Part shown: one piece after another, positions 18,846-28,739 of the stretch
Layout: each line of letters starts with the position of its first letter
How positions within the stretch are numbered: the first letter of the stretch is position 1
Source of the DNA: a virus
DNA: 64,000 nt
Virus record (IMG/VR): IMGVR_UViG_3300045988_119411
Reading direction: 5' to 3' (one strand)
Notes under the pieces: generated by a model
The model's input: only the letters and a program-made list of their open reading frames with translations
The model's database searches: none
What the model was told of the DNA's origin: nothing
Program-made: the position numbers and the translations under genes

Positions 18846-19751
18846 ATGCCCAGAAAAGCAAACAGCAACAGCAACGCCGGAGAAAAGAAGCCGGAAGAGA
18901 AGAAAACGCAGGATTTTGGCGCACTCGGAGAATTTGAAGAGGCTGCGACCTCGACCTCGGCTGCGCCGGAGGGCTATGAGGTTGCGGCGGAGGACGTGAC
19001 TGCGGTTGGCTACGATGGCAGCGAGACGCCGCTGGTGGATGTGGAACCAGCGCTGAAAGGCGAGGCAGTTACCGTGCCTTCTGAAGCTATCATTCCGGCG
19101 GATGAGGCTCCGGTTGTCAGCGAGAAGACGGAGAAGAAGACCTATTCTGAAGATGATGTGCAGAAGATGATCGCGGACGCGGTGTCGGCGGCCGTGGCGA
19201 AGGCGATGGCCGGGATGCAGCAGCCGGCACCGCAGATCGTGCAGGTCATGGGAGACAGCGAAAAGGTCCATTTTTTGTGGCAGGCGGAGGTTGCAGATGA
19301 CAACGTCGTCCTCTTCGGGGAACACGGGATGTACGGCCAGATCGTGGGAAAGACGGGAAGCTTCTACGTGCCGAAGAACGACCTTTCGCGCGTGCTGACT
19401 GATCTGACGCGCGTATTTTTGAAGAAGCGCTGGCTGATTGCGGTGAGCGGCCTCAACGATGAAGAGCGCGAAGCTCTTGGCTGCGACTACTGCGAGGGCG
19501 AGCTGCTGGATAAAAAGGCATTTGCGAAGATGGTGGAGATCGGGGATGAGATGCTGGACATCTATCCGCGTCTCTGCGAGGGCCACAAGAAGATGGTTGC
19601 AGCTCGGTATGCCGAGGCATTTGCAAAGAACAGCCCGTATGTGACGCGCGAGCGCGTGGTAAAGCTGAACGAGATGAGCAAGACCAAGGAAAACCCGCGT
19701 GGCGACTTCGTGAGCATCATCGAGCAGATGAACGAGCGCGAGGCGCAGTAA
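18846..19751 (+). CDS. Hypothetical protein with an acidic/Pro-rich N-terminus
   Basis: RBS AAAGGAG upstream. Confidence 0.55.
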   Translation: MPRKANSNSNAGEKKPEEKKTQDFGALGEFEEAATSTSAAPEGYEVAAEDVTAVGYDGSETPLVDVEPALKGEAVTVPSEAIIPADEAPVVSEKTEKKTYSEDDVQKMIADAVSAAVAKAMAGMQQPAPQIVQVMGDSEKVHFLWQAEVADDNVVLFGEHGMYGQIVGKTGSFYVPKNDLSRVLTDLTRVFLKKRWLIAVSGLNDEEREALGCDYCEGELLDKKAFAKMVEIGDEMLDIYPRLCEGHKKMVAARYAEAFAKNSPYVTRERVVKLNEMSKTKENPRGDFVSIIEQMNEREAQ

Positions 19752-19784
19752 AAATATAAGCTGAATCGGAAAGGCGGCGGTTTT

Positions 19785-19925
19785 ATGGATGATCGGAGGA
19801 GAATCGAGGCGCTTTGCGGCGTCGTGGAGAGTCTTTTGGAGCTGATCGAGGATGAAGCCGCCGCCGATGAGCAGAGAGAAGCCTATCGCCGGATCATGCG
19901 GAGGGGCGAAGAGGGGGAGGACTGA
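19785..19925 (+). CDS. Small acidic ORF (46 aa)
   Basis: MDDRRRIEALCGVVESLLELIEDEAAADEQREAYRRIMRRGEEGED. Stop lies 2 nt before the next start. Confidence 0.4.
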   Translation: MDDRRRIEALCGVVESLLELIEDEAAADEQREAYRRIMRRGEEGED

Positions 19926-19927
19926 AC

Positions 19928-20644
19928 GTGAGCGGAACGACGTGGAGCGAGATCATCACGGGATATGCAATGGTCGTGATCGGCGATGAGCGGATGACAG
20001 ACGACCTCGCGACGGACGCGGCCCTCTTTTTCCGGCGGATGAGTATTTGGCTGAAGATGGCGATGCCGATGCTGAATCGGCCGCCGGAGCTGCTGACATA
20101 TCTCTCGGAGGGGCTGACCAATCCGGTATACGCGGATGCTGAATGGGTCAGCACGCAGGAGAGCACAACGAGGGAGACCGTTGTGGAGACGGGGAAGGCC
20201 GGATTTGAGCTTTGCTCCTGTGTGATCGCGATTTCGGCGCGGAACGGCGATGTGACCTTCGTTCCATATACGGATTTTAGTTATGATCCGGAAACAGGGA
20301 ACGTCACTTTTCCGCAGCAGGATAACGCGGGGACGGAATACCGGCTCGATTTTTATACAGACGGGGCCTTCGCTCATGAGCTGACCGAAACACAAAAGAG
20401 GCTGCTTGGCTTGGCTGTGGCCGTGACGTGGGACAACCGGTTCAACCGGGAATGGCTGAACATCCAGCCGAAGCCGCACGACAAGAGTTTCGACGTGCCG
20501 AATGAGAACACGACGATGAAGGAGTCGACGGCACGCTACAAAGAAAATGCACAGCTCTTTTTTGCGGAGCTGCGGAAATATGAGCAGGATTGCGCCTATA
20601 TGCGGCGGGTGAACCCCGTGCGGCGCATCTGGAAGATGATCTGA
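19928..20644 (+). CDS. Hypothetical head-tail connector-region protein
   Basis: GTG start after GGGGGAGG. Confidence 0.5.
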   Translation: MSGTTWSEIITGYAMVVIGDERMTDDLATDAALFFRRMSIWLKMAMPMLNRPPELLTYLSEGLTNPVYADAEWVSTQESTTRETVVETGKAGFELCSCVIAISARNGDVTFVPYTDFSYDPETGNVTFPQQDNAGTEYRLDFYTDGAFAHELTETQKRLLGLAVAVTWDNRFNREWLNIQPKPHDKSFDVPNENTTMKESTARYKENAQLFFAELRKYEQDCAYMRRVNPVRRIWKMI

Positions 20645-20650
20645 GGGAGG

Positions 20651-21364
20651 ATGACTATGGCTTGCGAATTCAGCCGCCGCGGTGGTGTGGTAAAGCTGCA
20701 GAAGAAGACAGTCAGCGCATTGACGACGGGAAAGGTAAATGTCCTTCCAGATCCGGGCTACACGGCCCTTTCTGGCGTGGATGTGGATCAGATCCGACTC
20801 CAGAGCAAGAACATTCTGCCGGGAAGCCTCCCTTATACTTTCTCGCCGGATGCAAATTATGATGGACTTGGCAGTGCAGTTGTGCAGAAACCGAGTGCGC
20901 TGATTGCATCGAATATCAGGAGTGGCGTAAGCCTATTTGGCGTAAGTGGAACATACGAAGGAGACTCTGCTACATCTATTAAACGTATTGTTCAGTCGTC
21001 TCCGCCGTCTTCATCTTCTACATTAAAACAGTTGATAATTCCTGTCCCACAATCGTCAAAAAGGATAACCGCAATATCATTCTATTGTTCTGATTCTAAT
21101 GGTGGTTATGCAGATCCATCGAGACCCACAGCTATAGCTTGCGCAATTCCAGTTCTGGAGGAGCCGGTTTTGGTTGGTAGTAGCTATACCGTTCCAAAGG
21201 CGTATGAGGTTTATGGTAATACTGGGTCGTATAGGGGTTATGACTTGTATCTAGTTGATAATTCTCTTTCGATAATATTTTCAAACGGCTCTGTGATAAT
21301 AGAGGCAACCATTGGTGCTCAGTTTGGAGTCGGATACTATACGTTCGCCATTGGACTTGGATGA
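20651..21364 (+). CDS. Hypothetical structural protein; the 3' half has visibly lower GC
   Basis: GGGAGG RBS. Start at 20651 or 20657. Confidence 0.5.
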   Translation: MTMACEFSRRGGVVKLQKKTVSALTTGKVNVLPDPGYTALSGVDVDQIRLQSKNILPGSLPYTFSPDANYDGLGSAVVQKPSALIASNIRSGVSLFGVSGTYEGDSATSIKRIVQSSPPSSSSTLKQLIIPVPQSSKRITAISFYCSDSNGGYADPSRPTAIACAIPVLEEPVLVGSSYTVPKAYEVYGNTGSYRGYDLYLVDNSLSIIFSNGSVIIEATIGAQFGVGYYTFAIGLG

Positions 21365-21382
21365 CGCAGAAAAGGTGATTTT

Positions 21383-22699
21383 ATGAGTATCGCAGACAGC
21401 GCAAAAAATGGAATCATTCTCGGCGGCTGTCTGCAACAGGCGGTGAAAAACTCGCCAGAGGAATATAGGAGCCGCAGGCGGCAGTACATGGGGGAAGCGG
21501 CGACCGAGTTCGTCCACAAGTACGCCAAGTACGCAACTGACTATTTTGACGCAGACGTTCAGGGACTCGACCCGAACGACCCGGATGGATGGGAAACGGT
21601 CCAGATCCGCATGGCGGACATCTCAACCGTTTCGGCGGCGACACTGCGGCGGCAGGACGACTATAAAATCATCCTGTTTGCAGACGAGAGCATCGACTAT
21701 GTGAGGCTGGGGACGAAGATCCGGACCATGGGAAGCATGTGGCTAGTGGTGAATCCGCAGAACATCTCAAGCGCGGTGGGCTGTGCAATCATTCAGCGGT
21801 GCAGAACCGTTTGGAACTGGCTGGATTGGTACGGCAGGATGCAGTCGGAGCCGCTGTGCGTGGAGAAGGGAGAATTGCTCTCCAACGACAGCGACATGCA
21901 GGAATATGCGCTGATCACGAAGGGCTATGTGAACGTGGTTTGCCAGAGAAACGAAGCTACAAAGAACCTCGCTACGAACAGCCGCATCATTCTCGGCTCG
22001 GGCGCGTACAAGATCACCGGATTTGGCGATTTTACGCAGGAATTTACCGGAGATTATGATTCGGTGCGGCTTTTGGAGTTCGCGGCGCGGTATGAGCCGC
22101 CGAACCTAGAAATTGACGATATGGAGCGGCACATTGCCGGAGGAAAGAACTTCTCATGGGAGCTCCGAATTGACGGAAGACCGACGATCCGCGAAGGGCA
22201 GACGACGCCGCTGAGTGCGGTGAGCGTCCGGAACGGGGAATTTGTGAGCAGCACGGCGGACAGGCCCGTGAGCTATCTTTGGTGCAGCTCGGACGAGGAC
22301 GTGATCTTGATGCGGCCAGACGGCGTGGCTCGCGCGATGGGCGGTGGAGAATGCACCGTGCGCTGTACGCTGGCGCAAAACCCGGAAATCTTCGCAGAAT
22401 ATGAAATGACCGTGGAGCCGGCGGCGGAGACCGAAGTGCTCTTCACCGGGAGCGTGCCGAAAAAGCTCGGGATCTTTGAGAGTGCGACGATCCCGGCAGC
22501 GTATTTTGAGAATGGCGAGGAAACGGGGCGGACCGTGGAATTTTCGTTCGAGGGGCCTGACAGCATGGCCTACAGCGTGGATCAGAATCAGAACAGCGTG
22601 ACTGTGATGTGCTGGAAGGGCGACAACGTTCCACTGAGAATCACGGCGAAGTGCGGCGAGAGCAGCATTTCGGCGGAGATCGAGCTGGAGGGAATCTGA
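21383..22699 (+). CDS. Structural protein with C-terminal Ig-like (Big_2-type) repeats
   Basis: 438 aa. ECTVRCTLAQNPEIFAEYEMTVEP and VTVMCWKGDNVPLRITAKCGESSISAEIELE segments. Confidence 0.5.
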   Translation: MSIADSAKNGIILGGCLQQAVKNSPEEYRSRRRQYMGEAATEFVHKYAKYATDYFDADVQGLDPNDPDGWETVQIRMADISTVSAATLRRQDDYKIILFADESIDYVRLGTKIRTMGSMWLVVNPQNISSAVGCAIIQRCRTVWNWLDWYGRMQSEPLCVEKGELLSNDSDMQEYALITKGYVNVVCQRNEATKNLATNSRIILGSGAYKITGFGDFTQEFTGDYDSVRLLEFAARYEPPNLEIDDMERHIAGGKNFSWELRIDGRPTIREGQTTPLSAVSVRNGEFVSSTADRPVSYLWCSSDEDVILMRPDGVARAMGGGECTVRCTLAQNPEIFAEYEMTVEPAAETEVLFTGSVPKKLGIFESATIPAAYFENGEETGRTVEFSFEGPDSMAYSVDQNQNSVTVMCWKGDNVPLRITAKCGESSISAEIELEGI

Positions 22700-22701
22700 A
22701 A

Positions 22702-23406
22702 ATGGGAATCTGGATGATGCAGGGAGACCAATATGCGCTGCCATTTGCGCTGGAAATGCTGGATGGGACGCTCATCACTGACAAGATGGTAAAGACCGTG
22801 GTGCTGAACCTCGGAAGCCTATCTCGCCAGTATCCCGGTGATGTGACCTATGAAAACGGAAAATGGCTATTCCCGCTGACACAGCAGCAGACCTTCGCTA
22901 TGAAGGGGCTGATTGAGCCGCAGGCGAGAGTAGAGTTTGAAAATGAGCAGATCTTCGGCGGGGCCGGGGACGGCATCGACGTGCAGAGCGCTTTCAACAA
23001 GGGAACGCTTGGAACCGGAAGCGGCACGGGGAGCCAGAAAAACCGAAATCAGGGCGGTGGTCAGACAAAACTCTGCGGGACGATCTTCGTGCGGGTGTCG
23101 GCGGCGGGCGTTCAGTATACGGCCGAGGGTGCAGTTCGGTATGACGTGCAGCAGGATTTGACCGAGGCGGAAAAGGCACAGGCCCGGCAGAACATCGGCG
23201 CGGACGAGGCTGGGAAAGGCTCTGTCCGATATGACATCCAACAGAACCTGACGGAGAAAGAACAGCGTCAGGCAAGGGAAAACATCGGCGCCGGCGTATT
23301 TTCAGCGGCGGACGACGGAAACGGAAACATCGTCATCAACAACATGCCGGGAATGGCTGCGGCGGATGACGGGGACGGAAATCTTGAAATCTACTGGGAA
23401 GCCTAG
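22702..23406 (+). CDS. Fibre-associated protein with a tandem LTExEKxQARxNIGA motif
   Basis: AVRYDVQQDLTEAEKAQARQNIGA then SVRYDIQQNLTEKEQRQARENIGA. That motif is common in phage fibre proteins. Confidence 0.55.
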   Translation: MGIWMMQGDQYALPFALEMLDGTLITDKMVKTVVLNLGSLSRQYPGDVTYENGKWLFPLTQQQTFAMKGLIEPQARVEFENEQIFGGAGDGIDVQSAFNKGTLGTGSGTGSQKNRNQGGGQTKLCGTIFVRVSAAGVQYTAEGAVRYDVQQDLTEAEKAQARQNIGADEAGKGSVRYDIQQNLTEKEQRQARENIGAGVFSAADDGNGNIVINNMPGMAAADDGDGNLEIYWEA

Positions 23407-23430
23407 GGAAAAGAAAGTGAGTGAGAGAAC

Positions 23431-23703
23431 ATGGCAACAAAACCTCTGCGATCCGTAAAATTTCCGGGCTTGCCGGATACCTACACCATCCCGCAGGGCG
23501 GCGGAACGTCAGACACCTATGTGTTTGCACAGAGCGTCGCTTCTGATACGTGGATCATTCAGCACAATCTCGGGAAATATCCGAGCGTGACCGTCGTGGA
23601 CAGCGGCGGGAACTTGGTGGTTGGAGACGTACAGTATCTCGACCGCAACAACATCACTCTCAGATTCGCGGCTCCGTTCAGCGGAAACGCTTATCTAAAC
23701 TAA
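23431..23703 (+). CDS. Hypothetical small structural protein
   Basis: 90 aa with an RBS, in the fibre block. Confidence 0.5.
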   Translation: MATKPLRSVKFPGLPDTYTIPQGGGTSDTYVFAQSVASDTWIIQHNLGKYPSVTVVDSGGNLVVGDVQYLDRNNITLRFAAPFSGNAYLN

Positions 23704-23724
23704 AAACAAAGGGGATAGAACAAT

Positions 23725-25260
23725 ATGAGTCAAATTCTTTCCAATCTGAATCTCAACAAAAATGAGCTTCAGAACGCCGTGCTGCATCCGCTGGCAACGG
23801 CTCCGGCGAATCCGAAACTGTATCAGATCTACACGGATTCTGCGACCGGTGTCATCAAGCAGTACCTCGCGGAAGGCTGGCAGATCGTTGGTGCGGTCTA
23901 TAATCAGGCGAACAGCACCGGTGCAGTTCTGACCGGCATCGGCAAGGATGGCACCGTCAAGGTCACGGATGTGATCGATCTGACGCTCGAAGGCTATACG
24001 CCGCTGGACGGCGGCTACGTCACCGCGGGTATGACGATGGCTGCGGCTTTGAAGGCCATCGATACGGCACTGAAAAACGTCGTTTCTGAGGGCGGCGAGC
24101 CGAACCAGAATGCCTTCAGCAACATCAACATTCCCATCCAGAGCACCAACGCCGACACGCAGGTAGAGGGTCAGACGGCGGCTGCGACCATTTCGGCCAC
24201 GGCAAAGACCGACACCTTCATCTTTGCCTCCGGCGACAAGTGGAGCATCGTCCACGCTGATCCGGACACCAAGACCATCTCGCTCGGTCATGCGTTCTCT
24301 GGCGCAACCGCTGGTTCCTATGGCGATGCGACGCATGTTGCGAAGATCACCGTCGATAAGGCTGGCCATATCACTGCCGTTGAGGCTGTCGAGATCGTTG
24401 GCGCGGAGTACATCAAGAACCTGACCAGCGATGCGCAGGCGCAGATCGACGACAAGATCCCGCTTTCTCAGAAGGGTCAGAAGAACGGTGTCGCGTCTCT
24501 GGATGAAAACGGCCTTGTTCCTTCCGCACAGCTGCCGAGCTATGTAGACGACGTTGTGGAGGCGTATGTTGTTGGCGATACCGCGCTGGCGGCTGGCTGG
24601 CTTTCCAAGACCGAGGGTGGCGAGGCCCTGACCCCGGAGACCGACAAGATCTATGTTGTCGTCGGTCCGGATGGCACTCCCTATCTCAACAAGCAGTACC
24701 GCTGGGGCGGCACGACCTATGTTGAGTGCAACCCGTCGGACGTCAACTCCGTCAACGGCAAGACTGGCATCGTCACCCTGACGCAGGATGATGTGCTCCC
24801 CGGTGAGACCTACACGCAGTTTGCCAAGACCGACAAGGAAAAGCTGGATGCCATCGACGATGAGGCCACCAAGAACACCATCACCATGAATGGCGCGGAG
24901 AACAAGAACCCGAGCTTCTACGCACCTACGGATAGCGGCACGGTCGGACAGGTCCTCGTTTCTGGCGGCGAGAACGCGGCTCCGACTTGGCAGGCGATGC
25001 CCAACCATCTCCAGAAGTACAGCATCAACAACCCCGTGATCGCAGCGGCCGGCGGCGCCTTCACTTGGACCATTGCGGCGCAGGAGAATGGCCCACAGAC
25101 TCCGATGCTGGTCCAGATCTACGAGGCCGGCACGAACGAGATGGTGATGGCCGATGTGACTGTGAATGCGGACAACAGCATCGTTATCAAGATCAACCAG
25201 ACGGATTCTTCCGTCACTTCGCTGGCTGCCGGCACCTATAAGGCTGTTGCCATCGGCTAA
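23725..25260 (+). CDS. Fibre protein (head/neck or tail fibre)
   Basis: N-terminus LSNLNLNKNELQNAVLHPLATAPANP and the SAQLPSYVDDVVE motif, both typical of phage fibres. Confidence 0.65.
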   Translation: MSQILSNLNLNKNELQNAVLHPLATAPANPKLYQIYTDSATGVIKQYLAEGWQIVGAVYNQANSTGAVLTGIGKDGTVKVTDVIDLTLEGYTPLDGGYVTAGMTMAAALKAIDTALKNVVSEGGEPNQNAFSNINIPIQSTNADTQVEGQTAAATISATAKTDTFIFASGDKWSIVHADPDTKTISLGHAFSGATAGSYGDATHVAKITVDKAGHITAVEAVEIVGAEYIKNLTSDAQAQIDDKIPLSQKGQKNGVASLDENGLVPSAQLPSYVDDVVEAYVVGDTALAAGWLSKTEGGEALTPETDKIYVVVGPDGTPYLNKQYRWGGTTYVECNPSDVNSVNGKTGIVTLTQDDVLPGETYTQFAKTDKEKLDAIDDEATKNTITMNGAENKNPSFYAPTDSGTVGQVLVSGGENAAPTWQAMPNHLQKYSINNPVIAAAGGAFTWTIAAQENGPQTPMLVQIYEAGTNEMVMADVTVNADNSIVIKINQTDSSVTSLAAGTYKAVAIG

Positions 25261-25273
25261 AATTGAAAAAATC

Positions 25274-25346
25274 CTGCTGCGAAAGAGCGCAGCAGAAGGC
25301 TGAGAGGAGCATGACGGCATGACGCCGCTATGCTCTATTTTTGTTT
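25274..25346 (+). terminator. Two-hairpin terminator-like module, copy 2 of 3
   Basis: CTGCTGCG-AAAGAG-CGCAGCAG, linker AAGGCTGAGAG, GAGCAT...ATGCTC hairpin, then TATTTTTGTTT. Confidence 0.7.
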
Positions 25347-25401
25347 CTCCCCGGTCCGCAAGGGCCGGGGAGAGGGTGAAACGGAAAAGGAGTATGGCGA
25401 A

Positions 25402-25656
25402 ATGAAGAATCTTGGGCTTTACAATGAAGAACTTTCGGTGCCTAGAAAGGAAGATGTCCCACAGCCTTCTGATGATACGCCAAAAGGACCGGGAGTGGCA
25501 TCGGCGGGATCGGAGAATGCGTATGCCCGATGGGATCATGTGCATTCGAAGGAGCTGCCAACTGTCACCACGTCGGACGACGGGAAGTTCCTGCGCGTTG
25601 TTTCTGGCGCATGGGCCGCTGCGGCAATCGCAAACGCGAATGGAGGTAGCTTCTGA
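25402..25656 (+). CDS. Small fibre-related protein
   Basis: GSENAYARWDHVHS motif, found in fibre proteins. ATG after AAGGAG. Confidence 0.5.
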   Translation: MKNLGLYNEELSVPRKEDVPQPSDDTPKGPGVASAGSENAYARWDHVHSKELPTVTTSDDGKFLRVVSGAWAAAAIANANGGSF

Positions 25657-26780
25657 TGGCTGAATATTTGACAAATACAACCGACCTGGAAAAGGTTGCC
25701 GACGCAATCCGCGCGAAGGGCGGTACATCTGACCCACTGGTCTATCCGGACGGATTTGTTATGGCCATTCAGGCCATTCAGACCGGTACAGAACTGAAAA
25801 TCATCGTGTCTGTGACCTCGGGTGCAACTGTTACCGCTAAAAAAGGAAGCCTGTCTGTGAGCGGCACATCGGTTAACGGAACGTGTACGTTGGTCGTTCC
25901 AGAAGAAGGAGAATGGACGGTTAGTGCAACATTGGGTGGGGAAACGAGCACTAGTAATATCGTGAACGTTACATCTTCGTATGATACATCTCTGGTATTT
26001 ATATCTACCATACTGAATGATAATTCATGGGAAACCATTCGTGGGATTTCTGATGCTGGAACAGGTGAAAACTTTTGGAGCATCGGCGACCGAAAGGAGA
26101 TCACGCTTAACGGAACGGTTGGTACACTGACGCTCTCGAATTACACAACATACGCATTTATCATCGGATTTAACCACAATCAAGAGCTGGAGGGAACAAA
26201 CCGCATCCATTTTCAGCTTGCAAAGACCGCGTTGTCCAGTGGTACAGATGTTGCGCTATGCGATAGTGGATATGGAAATGCTTTTATGGGACAATTTATA
26301 ATGAATTCTAGTGAATCAAATGATGGTGGTTGGGAGTCGTCATTTATGCGCAAGTACATCTGCGGTACGAGCATGATAAGCTATTCCAATACAATCATTG
26401 CGGTTATTCCAGAAGCACTCCGTACAGTACTTAAATATGTCACAAAGTATACAAATAATACAGGTAGATTGCAACCTGGTATGGAAGCTGCTACAGCGAC
26501 AACAGACTATTTCTTCTTGCTGTCTGAATACGAGGTGTTTGGGACATTCGGTGCTTCAAACATTGGTGAATCAAAAAAACAGGCACAATACTTGTATTAC
26601 AGCTCCGGAAACAGTAAGGTCAAATACAATTACAGCGCAACAAGTATAGCTGTTATTTGGTGGCTCCGTTCCCCGGTGGCAAGCGGTTCCGAGCAGTTCG
26701 TAACCGCAAGCGCGAACGGCACGGTCGCGTCTGATGATGCGAGAAGATCGTTTGGCTTCGCGCCCGGCTTTTGCGTATGA
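25656..26780 (+). CDS. Putative receptor-binding / fibre-tip protein; the central part has visibly lower GC
   Basis: ATGA overlap. C-terminal WWLRSP...FGFAPGFCV signature, recalled as a DUF6273-like module. Confidence 0.45.
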   Translation: MAEYLTNTTDLEKVADAIRAKGGTSDPLVYPDGFVMAIQAIQTGTELKIIVSVTSGATVTAKKGSLSVSGTSVNGTCTLVVPEEGEWTVSATLGGETSTSNIVNVTSSYDTSLVFISTILNDNSWETIRGISDAGTGENFWSIGDRKEITLNGTVGTLTLSNYTTYAFIIGFNHNQELEGTNRIHFQLAKTALSSGTDVALCDSGYGNAFMGQFIMNSSESNDGGWESSFMRKYICGTSMISYSNTIIAVIPEALRTVLKYVTKYTNNTGRLQPGMEAATATTDYFFLLSEYEVFGTFGASNIGESKKQAQYLYYSSGNSKVKYNYSATSIAVIWWLRSPVASGSEQFVTASANGTVASDDARRSFGFAPGFCV

Positions 26781-26789
26781 GGTACGATT

Positions 26790-27158
26790 ATGGACTATAT
26801 CACATACAAACGCTTCAAAGGAAAATCCATCTCTGGGGAGGTTAATATCCCATACGGCACGATTTTGCAGGAGCATGAAAAATTCCTCTATCTGGACGGA
26901 AAGCCGGTTTGCTGCGTGACGAGTGAAAACGGCTGGGAGCACTTCCGGCCCAACACCGACGAGGGGCAGAGACGGCAAGCGATACTGGAAAAGCTCTATC
27001 GCTGGTACATGAAACACGGCTGCGGCGAGGATTTCACCGATGAGAACTGGCCGGGACAGGAGAACGGCTATTGGAAGAACCGGCTGCGGACGGCCAGCAC
27101 GGAACGGTTGGAGAAAATCTATCAAGAGAAATTTGGAGGGACACCATGTATGCAGTAA
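26790..27158 (+). CDS. Hypothetical protein
   Basis: 122-aa ORF in the operon series. Confidence 0.5.
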   Translation: MDYITYKRFKGKSISGEVNIPYGTILQEHEKFLYLDGKPVCCVTSENGWEHFRPNTDEGQRRQAILEKLYRWYMKHGCGEDFTDENWPGQENGYWKNRLRTASTERLEKIYQEKFGGTPCMQ

Positions 27159-27457
27159 AAAAAGAGGGTGCGTTTGCCGGGTATGCGGACAGTATTGTGC
27201 TCATCCGGCTGCACGGCAACGGCTGCTATGTGCCGTGCGAGGAGGCCGAGGCCGAGGGCTTTTGCGCGAAGATGGCAGTGACGCTGACCGACGAGGACGG
27301 GAAGGCGTATCAGGCACTTTCTGACACGGTGTTCCGACTGGCGGGCAAGCTGTTGAAAGGCACGGAGCCAGAGGGCAGCTATGAGCAAATGGGCGCCGCG
27401 ATCCCGCTGACGGATGCAGAGACAGCGGCGAAAATTTTACTTGGGGAGGCGGAATAA
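27146..27457 (+). CDS. Hypothetical protein
   Basis: Internal ATG 27146 after GGAGGGAC. Short overlap with the previous ORF. Confidence 0.5.
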   Translation: MYAVKKEGAFAGYADSIVLIRLHGNGCYVPCEEAEAEGFCAKMAVTLTDEDGKAYQALSDTVFRLAGKLLKGTEPEGSYEQMGAAIPLTDAETAAKILLGEAE

Positions 27458-27459
27458 TA

Positions 27460-27918
27460 ATGACCTACACAGAAAGGGCCAGAGCATTGCGCCCCTATAT
27501 CGTAAAAGCGAGCGCCAGTCTGACGGACGCGGACGCCTTAAAGGCGATGGAGCTTTACCGACGCTGGGAACCTGGTCTGGTTATCAAAGCGGGCGACCGA
27601 CTTGTGTTCCCGGTCAATGGCACGGACAGGCTGTTCCGCGTCAACGAAGGACAGGCCCACACGACACAGGAGGGCTGGGAGCCGGACAAGACACCGGCGC
27701 TGTTTACCGTCATCGACGAGACCCACGCGGGCACACAGGACGACCCCATCCCCGCCGCAAAAGGCATGGAGTACACCTACGGACTTTACTACATAGACCC
27801 GGAGGACGGCAAGCTCTATCTTTGCGAGCGTATCGGCGAGGCTGCCGGCGGTAAAATCACGCTGCAATATCTGCCGCATGAGCTGATTGGGCAGTATTTC
27901 ACAGAAGTGGAGCAGTGA
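27460..27918 (+). CDS. Hypothetical protein
   Basis: 152-aa ORF starting right after the previous stop. Confidence 0.5.
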   Translation: MTYTERARALRPYIVKASASLTDADALKAMELYRRWEPGLVIKAGDRLVFPVNGTDRLFRVNEGQAHTTQEGWEPDKTPALFTVIDETHAGTQDDPIPAAKGMEYTYGLYYIDPEDGKLYLCERIGEAAGGKITLQYLPHELIGQYFTEVEQ

Positions 27919-27933
27919 TGAGGAAGAGCGGCT

Positions 27934-28119
27934 ATGAGTGAGCACTGCGCGCATGCGTATCACAAGCCCGGCGATGTGAGCTTACACTGCCGGATTTTGG
28001 AGAAGAAAGATGAAAAGCGCGACTGGTGCGCACATCAGTTCCTCTGCAAGAGAACGCGGCGATGGGAAGTCTCGGATGGGGCAATTCAGTGCGAAATTCG
28101 GAGACAGGGACAGAAATAA
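27934..28119 (+). CDS. Small Cys/His-rich ORF (61 aa)
   Basis: CAHAYH...HCRIL...WCAHQFLC. Fills the gap before 28163. Confidence 0.35.
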   Translation: MSEHCAHAYHKPGDVSLHCRILEKKDEKRDWCAHQFLCKRTRRWEVSDGAIQCEIRRQGQK

Positions 28120-28162
28120 TAGAAGTAGGACGAGCCATGGGAAACCGAAAGGAGTAGAGAGC

Positions 28163-28738
28163 ATGGACAAAATTGTGATCACTGCGGAAAAATTGATGGA
28201 AATGCGGGATTATGTGCCGCTGGCGGAAAAACTGCGATTCGTGGGAGAGGCGGCAGACGGCTGCTTCGACCGGATGGAGATCAAGATCAAAAATGGAGCG
28301 GACAGTTTGCCGATCCCTCCGCTCTATAAGGAAAACACCGGGATCAAGAGCAGGATGCTGATGGGCGCGTTTGCTCGGCTCTATTGCGGCGCCAAGATCG
28401 ACGCGGAGAAGGAAAGCCCGTGGCTGATGAGCGTGGGAGAATATGACCGATGGGCAGGAAGCCACGTTTTCAACCAGATCGACCGGCTGAAGAAAGGGAG
28501 CGCGGAGGTGCGCGACCGGGCATTTGACATTCTGGTGGACTACAAAGATCTGGAGAAGCGGATGAACGCGGAGATCTTTGGGATGCTGCAGGTGATGAAT
28601 GAGCCGGTGTCGCGGATCATGACGGCCATCGGCCAGCAGACGACGCCGGAGGCGATGACAGCTCTGAAACAGGAGCTGGAGGGCGTGCAGAAGGAGCTTC
28701 AGGATTACGCGGTGAAGAAGAATGGCGGTGGGGCCTGA
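28163..28738 (+). CDS. Hypothetical protein
   Basis: ATG 28163 after AAAGGAG. The track ORF is 5'-extended. Confidence 0.55.
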   Translation: MDKIVITAEKLMEMRDYVPLAEKLRFVGEAADGCFDRMEIKIKNGADSLPIPPLYKENTGIKSRMLMGAFARLYCGAKIDAEKESPWLMSVGEYDRWAGSHVFNQIDRLKKGSAEVRDRAFDILVDYKDLEKRMNAEIFGMLQVMNEPVSRIMTAIGQQTTPEAMTALKQELEGVQKELQDYAVKKNGGGA

Positions 28739-28739
28739 G

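Noticed and set aside
23695-25737. A 680-aa minus-strand ORF, the longest ORF on that strand in the structural region
   Set aside because: It is antisense to the fibre gene, which has recognisable fibre motifs. Its product is Arg/Gly/Asp/Leu-rich low complexity with no RBS. This is a typical shadow ORF of GC-rich DNA.
20651-26780. Diversity-generating retroelement acting on the fibre or receptor-binding genes
   Set aside because: No reverse transcriptase ORF and no template/variable repeat pair could be seen in or near these genes.
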